DNA from: an uncultured bacterium
Lineage (GTDB): Bacteria; Planctomycetota; UBA1135; GCA-002686595
Length of the DNA: 64,000 nucleotides
Reading direction: 5' to 3'
Assembly: GCA_943787795.1 (NCBI GenBank)
Contig: CALSNU010000001.1
Location: forward strand, 384,001-448,000
Position numbers and translations under genes: made by a program. A model generated the notes under the pieces. It saw only the letters and a list, made by a program, of their open reading frames with translations, searched no databases and was not told the DNA's origin. Position 1 is the stretch's first letter, and each line of letters opens with the position of its first letter. Below are positions 60,368-64,000 of the stretch, one piece after another.

Positions 60368-61777
60368 TCAGCGTTGGAGCGCCGCGAGGACGCGCGCCTT
60401 CACCGAGGTCATGGGCACCGCGCCGTTGCTGTCGAGGCCGCCGTCGAGGTCGCCGCCGAGATCACCGTCCAGCGGCATCGACGAGAGCCAGATGGGGCCG
60501 TCCACGGGGTCCTCGGGGAGCAGCCCGTGGCTGCCCTTGATCAGGGAGGCGTCGAGGGGAATGACGTCCAGGAGGTAGCGCATGCCGAGCTTCTTCTGGG
60601 CCAGGCGGCGGGCCACGCGGAGCGCGGGGACCTTCAGGTCGGGGTCCACGAACATCTCCACGGGGTCGTAGCCCGGCTTGCGGTGGATGTCGACGGTGCG
60701 GGCGAAGTCCGGCTCGCCCGCGGGATCCGACCAGTAGTAATAGGTGAACCAGGCGTCGGGGTCGGAGAGGGCGACCAGGGTGCCCGCGTTGGGGTGGTCC
60801 AGGCCTGCCTCGCGCTTGCCGTCATGGTCGAGCACGGAGGCGACGCCGGGGAGCCCCTCGAGGAGCTCACGCACGGCGGCGGTGGAGGCCTCGTCCTGGC
60901 AGTAGACGTGGGCGACCTGGTGGTCGGCCACGGCGAAGGCGCGGCTCGCGAAGGTGTCGAGCACGTCGCCCTTGGGGGTCGGGCGGACCGCCAGCAGGCC
61001 GGCGTCGCGCAGCGCCCGGTTGATGTGTACGGGTCGGGACACGTCGCGGATGCCGTACTCGCTGACCACGATGGTCTCGGCCCCGTTGCGGTCAGCCGCG
61101 GCCACCAGGTCACCGATGACCCCGTCGACCTCGCGCAGGGCCTTCACCGAGCGTGGATCGGTGGGTCCGAAGCGCTGGTGGTCATAGTCCAGGTGGGGGA
61201 GGTAGGCCATGGTCAGGGTCGGCCGGTGCTCCTCGAGGGTCGAGATGGTCGCGTCCGCGATCCAGCGGCTCGAGGGCAGGCCCGCCTTCGGCCCCCAGAA
61301 GTCGAAGAAGGGGAAGGCGCCGTGGGTCTTCTCCTGGGCCTCGCCGAACTCCGGCGGCGAGGAGTAGATCGCGACCTGCTTGGCGCCGTCGGCGAAGTAG
61401 AAGGGCCGCGGCGTGATCGAGCGGTCCACGGCGGCGCCCATGTTCCACCACCAGAAGAGCTTCGCGCAGGTGAAGCTCGGGTCGAGCTTGCGGGCGGCCT
61501 CGTAGACCTTCTCGCCGCCGACGATGTGGTTCGACTGGCGCCACAGGGCCACGTCTCGGCTCGCCGGGTCGCACCAGCCGTTGCCGACGGCGCCGTGGGC
61601 GGACGGCAGGGCGCCTGTCAGCATGGTCGCCTGGGCCGAGCAGGTGACGGCCGGGAGGACCGCGGCCATGGGCGACATCCCGCCGCGGGCGGCGAGGGCC
61701 GCGAGGTGGGGCGTGACGTCGGCCTGAACCTGGCGGGGCGTGAGGCCGACGACGTCGAGGAGGAGGACCGGCTTCAT
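60368..61777 (-). CDS. nucleotide pyrophosphatase/phosphodiesterase family protein (EboF-like)
   Basis: LLDVVGLT, PAVTCSAQAT, HGAVGNGW, YLPHLDY, VSEYG, DIHRKPGYDP, KGSHG. Confidence 0.9.
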   Translation of the reverse strand: MKPVLLLDVVGLTPRQVQADVTPHLAALAARGGMSPMAAVLPAVTCSAQATMLTGALPSAHGAVGNGWCDPASRDVALWRQSNHIVGGEKVYEAARKLDPSFTCAKLFWWWNMGAAVDRSITPRPFYFADGAKQVAIYSSPPEFGEAQEKTHGAFPFFDFWGPKAGLPSSRWIADATISTLEEHRPTLTMAYLPHLDYDHQRFGPTDPRSVKALREVDGVIGDLVAAADRNGAETIVVSEYGIRDVSRPVHINRALRDAGLLAVRPTPKGDVLDTFASRAFAVADHQVAHVYCQDEASTAAVRELLEGLPGVASVLDHDGKREAGLDHPNAGTLVALSDPDAWFTYYYWSDPAGEPDFARTVDIHRKPGYDPVEMFVDPDLKVPALRVARRLAQKKLGMRYLLDVIPLDASLIKGSHGLLPEDPVDGPIWLSSMPLDGDLGGDLDGGLDSNGAVPMTSVKARVLAALQR

Positions 61778-61836
61778 CGGACCAGGGATCCTATCGCGCG
61801 GAGGATCGTCGGCGCGCTACGGGTACGATGGAACCC

Positions 61837-62190
61837 ATGGTCGGCAAGTGGATCTCGAACCTCTTCTCCCGCAAGCCCGTGCTCGTGAAGGGCGGAGCCA
61901 AGGTCGCCGAGGGCGAGGCGCGCAGCGTCGACCTCGGAGACCCCCACGCGGGGGGCACGCGATTGCTCCTGTGCAAGGTGGACGGCGAGATCCACGCTCT
62001 GGACTCGCGCTGCCCCCACGCGGACGGGCAGATCCAGTCGGGCCCGCTGGAGAAGGGGCGCTACGCGGTCTGTCCGCTGCATCGCTACCTGTTCGACCCG
62101 GTGACGGGGGCGGCCCAGGGCGTCGCCTGCAAGCCTGCGCGACGGTTCAAGACGCGCCAGCAGGGCGATGACGTCGAGGTCTTCATCTGA
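61837..62190 (+). CDS. Rieske [2Fe-2S] ferredoxin
   Basis: CPH and CPLH motifs; TACGAT 7 nt before ATG 61837 (alternative start 61828). Confidence 0.92.
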   Translation: MVGKWISNLFSRKPVLVKGGAKVAEGEARSVDLGDPHAGGTRLLLCKVDGEIHALDSRCPHADGQIQSGPLEKGRYAVCPLHRYLFDPVTGAAQGVACKPARRFKTRQQGDDVEVFI

Positions 62191-62220
62191 GCTGGGCCCC
62201 TCGGTCGGGGGCGGCCGAGC

Positions 62221-62565
62221 TCAGAAGCTCATGATCTGCATGCGGATCCGCTCGGCGATGGCAGGGTCCTCGCAGCGCACGTGGACCACGGTCCGTCGGG
62301 CGTCGTAGGGCTCGACGAAGGTCACCACCTCGCGGCCACGGACCTCCGTGCGGAGGCTCCGCTCCAGCCCTGCGGATTGGATCGGACCGCTGGCCATGCT
62401 GCGGACGATGGAGCTCGTCCGGGACCAGACCTGGTCGATGTCGCCGACGACGATGACGCCCTCGGTGCGGACGGACGCGGACGTTCCGGCGCGGCCTTCG
62501 GTCTCGGTGATGCAGGCGCCGAGGAGCGGCAGCGCGATGATGGAGGCGAGAAGGGAGAGCCTCAT
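62221..62565 (-). CDS. small lipoprotein
   Basis: Lipobox LGAC; ATGA overlap with the upstream HTH gene. Confidence 0.75.
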   Translation of the reverse strand: MRLSLLASIIALPLLGACITETEGRAGTSASVRTEGVIVVGDIDQVWSRTSSIVRSMASGPIQSAGLERSLRTEVRGREVVTFVEPYDARRTVVHVRCEDPAIAERIRMQIMSF

Positions 62566-62987
62566 GCCACCTTGCGGTCGAGGAGGGCGTCCCAGGCGCG
62601 GGAGCGCGTGCGGCGCCGGCGGCGTGCAGGTCGCGTCGCTGGCTCGGCCTCCGGCTGACCCGCGGGCTCTGCCGTGGGAGCGGCGCCGATGTTCACTTCC
62701 AGCAGGCTACCCGGGGCGGCGGGGGCAGCGGGAGCGGCGGGGGCGGCGGACACCAGGGTCGCTGCCTGCGGGCTGAAGCCGAGGTTGAGCGTGGTCCCGG
62801 TGGCGCGGGCGACCCGCTGCAGGATGGAGAGGTCGATGCCCTCGTAGCTCGGACTCTCCCAGAGCTTGATGATCGCCGGGCGTACGTTGGCCCGCTCGGC
62901 GAGCTCCGCCTGCGAGAGGCCCGCGGCCCTCCTGCAGCTGGAGATCAGCTCGGGATAGTTCGGAAGGTCCAGGGAAGGCTCGCGCAT
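62562..62987 (-). CDS. XRE-family HTH protein with Ala/Pro-rich and basic tail
   Basis: RRAAGLSQAELAERANV...IKLWE. Confidence 0.8.
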   Translation of the reverse strand: MREPSLDLPNYPELISSCRRAAGLSQAELAERANVRPAIIKLWESPSYEGIDLSILQRVARATGTTLNLGFSPQAATLVSAAPAAPAAPAAPGSLLEVNIGAAPTAEPAGQPEAEPATRPARRRRRTRSRAWDALLDRKVA

Positions 62988-63212
62988 GGGGATGGGGGTT
63001 GGGCCGGCTCTCTCTCCGGTACTGGCCCCATCGACCGGATCGGGCCGGGACTTGTGCGTTGAACCGTCACTCTGGGGATGGTCGGGGAGCGCCCTGGACG
63101 GATTGATGCCCACCGCGGGGGCTGCCGCGCCCTCTTCGGCGCCAGGAACCGGCAGGCCACACGGGGCCGCTGCCCCTGGTTGGTTCCTGTGCCGTCAGGG
63201 TAAACTCCTTGA

Positions 63213-64000
63213 ATGCCTGAACTTCCGGAGGTCGAGACCACCGCCGCGCTGATCCGGCCCCACGCCGAGGGGCGTGAGATTCTGGGGGCGGACGTCGAAT
63301 GGTTTCGCTCGCTTGGCGGGGCGTCGCCCGATGAATTTGCGGGCGCGATTCGTGGGGCGACCATCGCAACGGTGCGTCGCAGGGCGAAGTGGGTCGTGAT
63401 GGACCTCGAGCGAGGCGGAGAGCCCGCCGGAGCCTTGCTCTGCCACCTGCGCATGACCGGCCGGCTTGTGGCCGACTCCTGGGAGGAGCCGCCTCAGCCC
63501 TATCAGCGGGTGGAGCTACACCTGCATCGTCGGGGGGGCCAGCGGACCCGCCTGCGGTTCCTCGACGTCCGCAAGTTCGGCCGCTTTCGCTTCGCCCCCG
63601 AGGGGGCCGCGGCCCTGGAGCCCCTGGGCCCGGAGCCCCTCGGTCCGGAGTTCACGGTGGACGCCTTCGCGGCGGCCCTCAGGGCGAGGCGCCGGGCGCT
63701 GAAGCCCCTGCTCCTGGACCAGGGCTTCGTGGCGGGCCTCGGCAACATTTACGTGGACGAGAGCCTGTTCCTCTCTGGGCTGCACCCCCTGCGGCGCTCG
63801 GATCGGGTGCCGCGAGAGCGGGTGGAGCGGCTGCACGCCGCGATCCAGTCCACCCTCGCCGCCGCGATCGAGCGCGAGGGGTCCAGCTTCGACGCCTTCT
63901 ACAGGACCCCGGAGGGGCAGCCGGGCTCCTATCAGCACCTGTTCCGGGTCTATGGCCGGGACGGACAGCCCTGCACGGCGTGCGGGCGAACCATCAAGAA
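63213..64000 (+). CDS. mutM: formamidopyrimidine-DNA glycosylase, 3' end outside window
   Basis: Not in the ORF track; manual translation gives MPELPEVET, RRAK, HLRMTG, DVRKFG, LLDQ..VAGLGNIY, VYGRDGQPCTAC. Confidence 0.97.
   Translation, partial: MPELPEVETTAALIRPHAEGREILGADVEWFRSLGGASPDEFAGAIRGATIATVRRRAKWVVMDLERGGEPAGALLCHLRMTGRLVADSWEEPPQPYQRVELHLHRRGGQRTRLRFLDVRKFGRFRFAPEGAAALEPLGPEPLGPEFTVDAFAAALRARRRALKPLLLDQGFVAGLGNIYVDESLFLSGLHPLRRSDRVPRERVERLHAAIQSTLAAAIEREGSSFDAFYRTPEGQPGSYQHLFRVYGRDGQPCTACGRTIK

Overview
A very GC-rich bacterial chromosomal segment. The protein repertoire (prenyltransferase-repeat, HEAT, FG-GAP, sulfatase, PhoD and multiheme proteins) suggests Planctomycetota, but that is inference only. 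About 52 CDS and two tRNAs (Gly-GCC, Pro-GGG) are supported. Housekeeping genes include ispDF, ruvC, nadC, purB, thiD, plsY-gpsA, ppc, gcvP, nadE and a mutM that runs off the window end. I saw no integrase, transposase, rRNA or CRISPR array. Best candidates for undescribed biology: (1) two tandem full-length paralogous cobalamin-dependent radical SAM enzymes of unknown substrate; (2) an in-frame NadC/RsbW-like kinase fusion; (3) a PadR plus membrane-partner module with a double CCTAG-N5-CTAGG operator; (4) a NUDIX, oxidoreductase, radical SAM and GT9 cluster that may make an unusual cell-envelope sugar. Other patterns: many local 8-15 bp tandem duplications, many genes with a -10 hexamer 6-8 nt before the start codon (probably leaderless), and two single-base frameshifts (ppc and an Rsm22-like gene) that may be assembly errors. 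All product calls come from motif recognition by eye; no database search was run.
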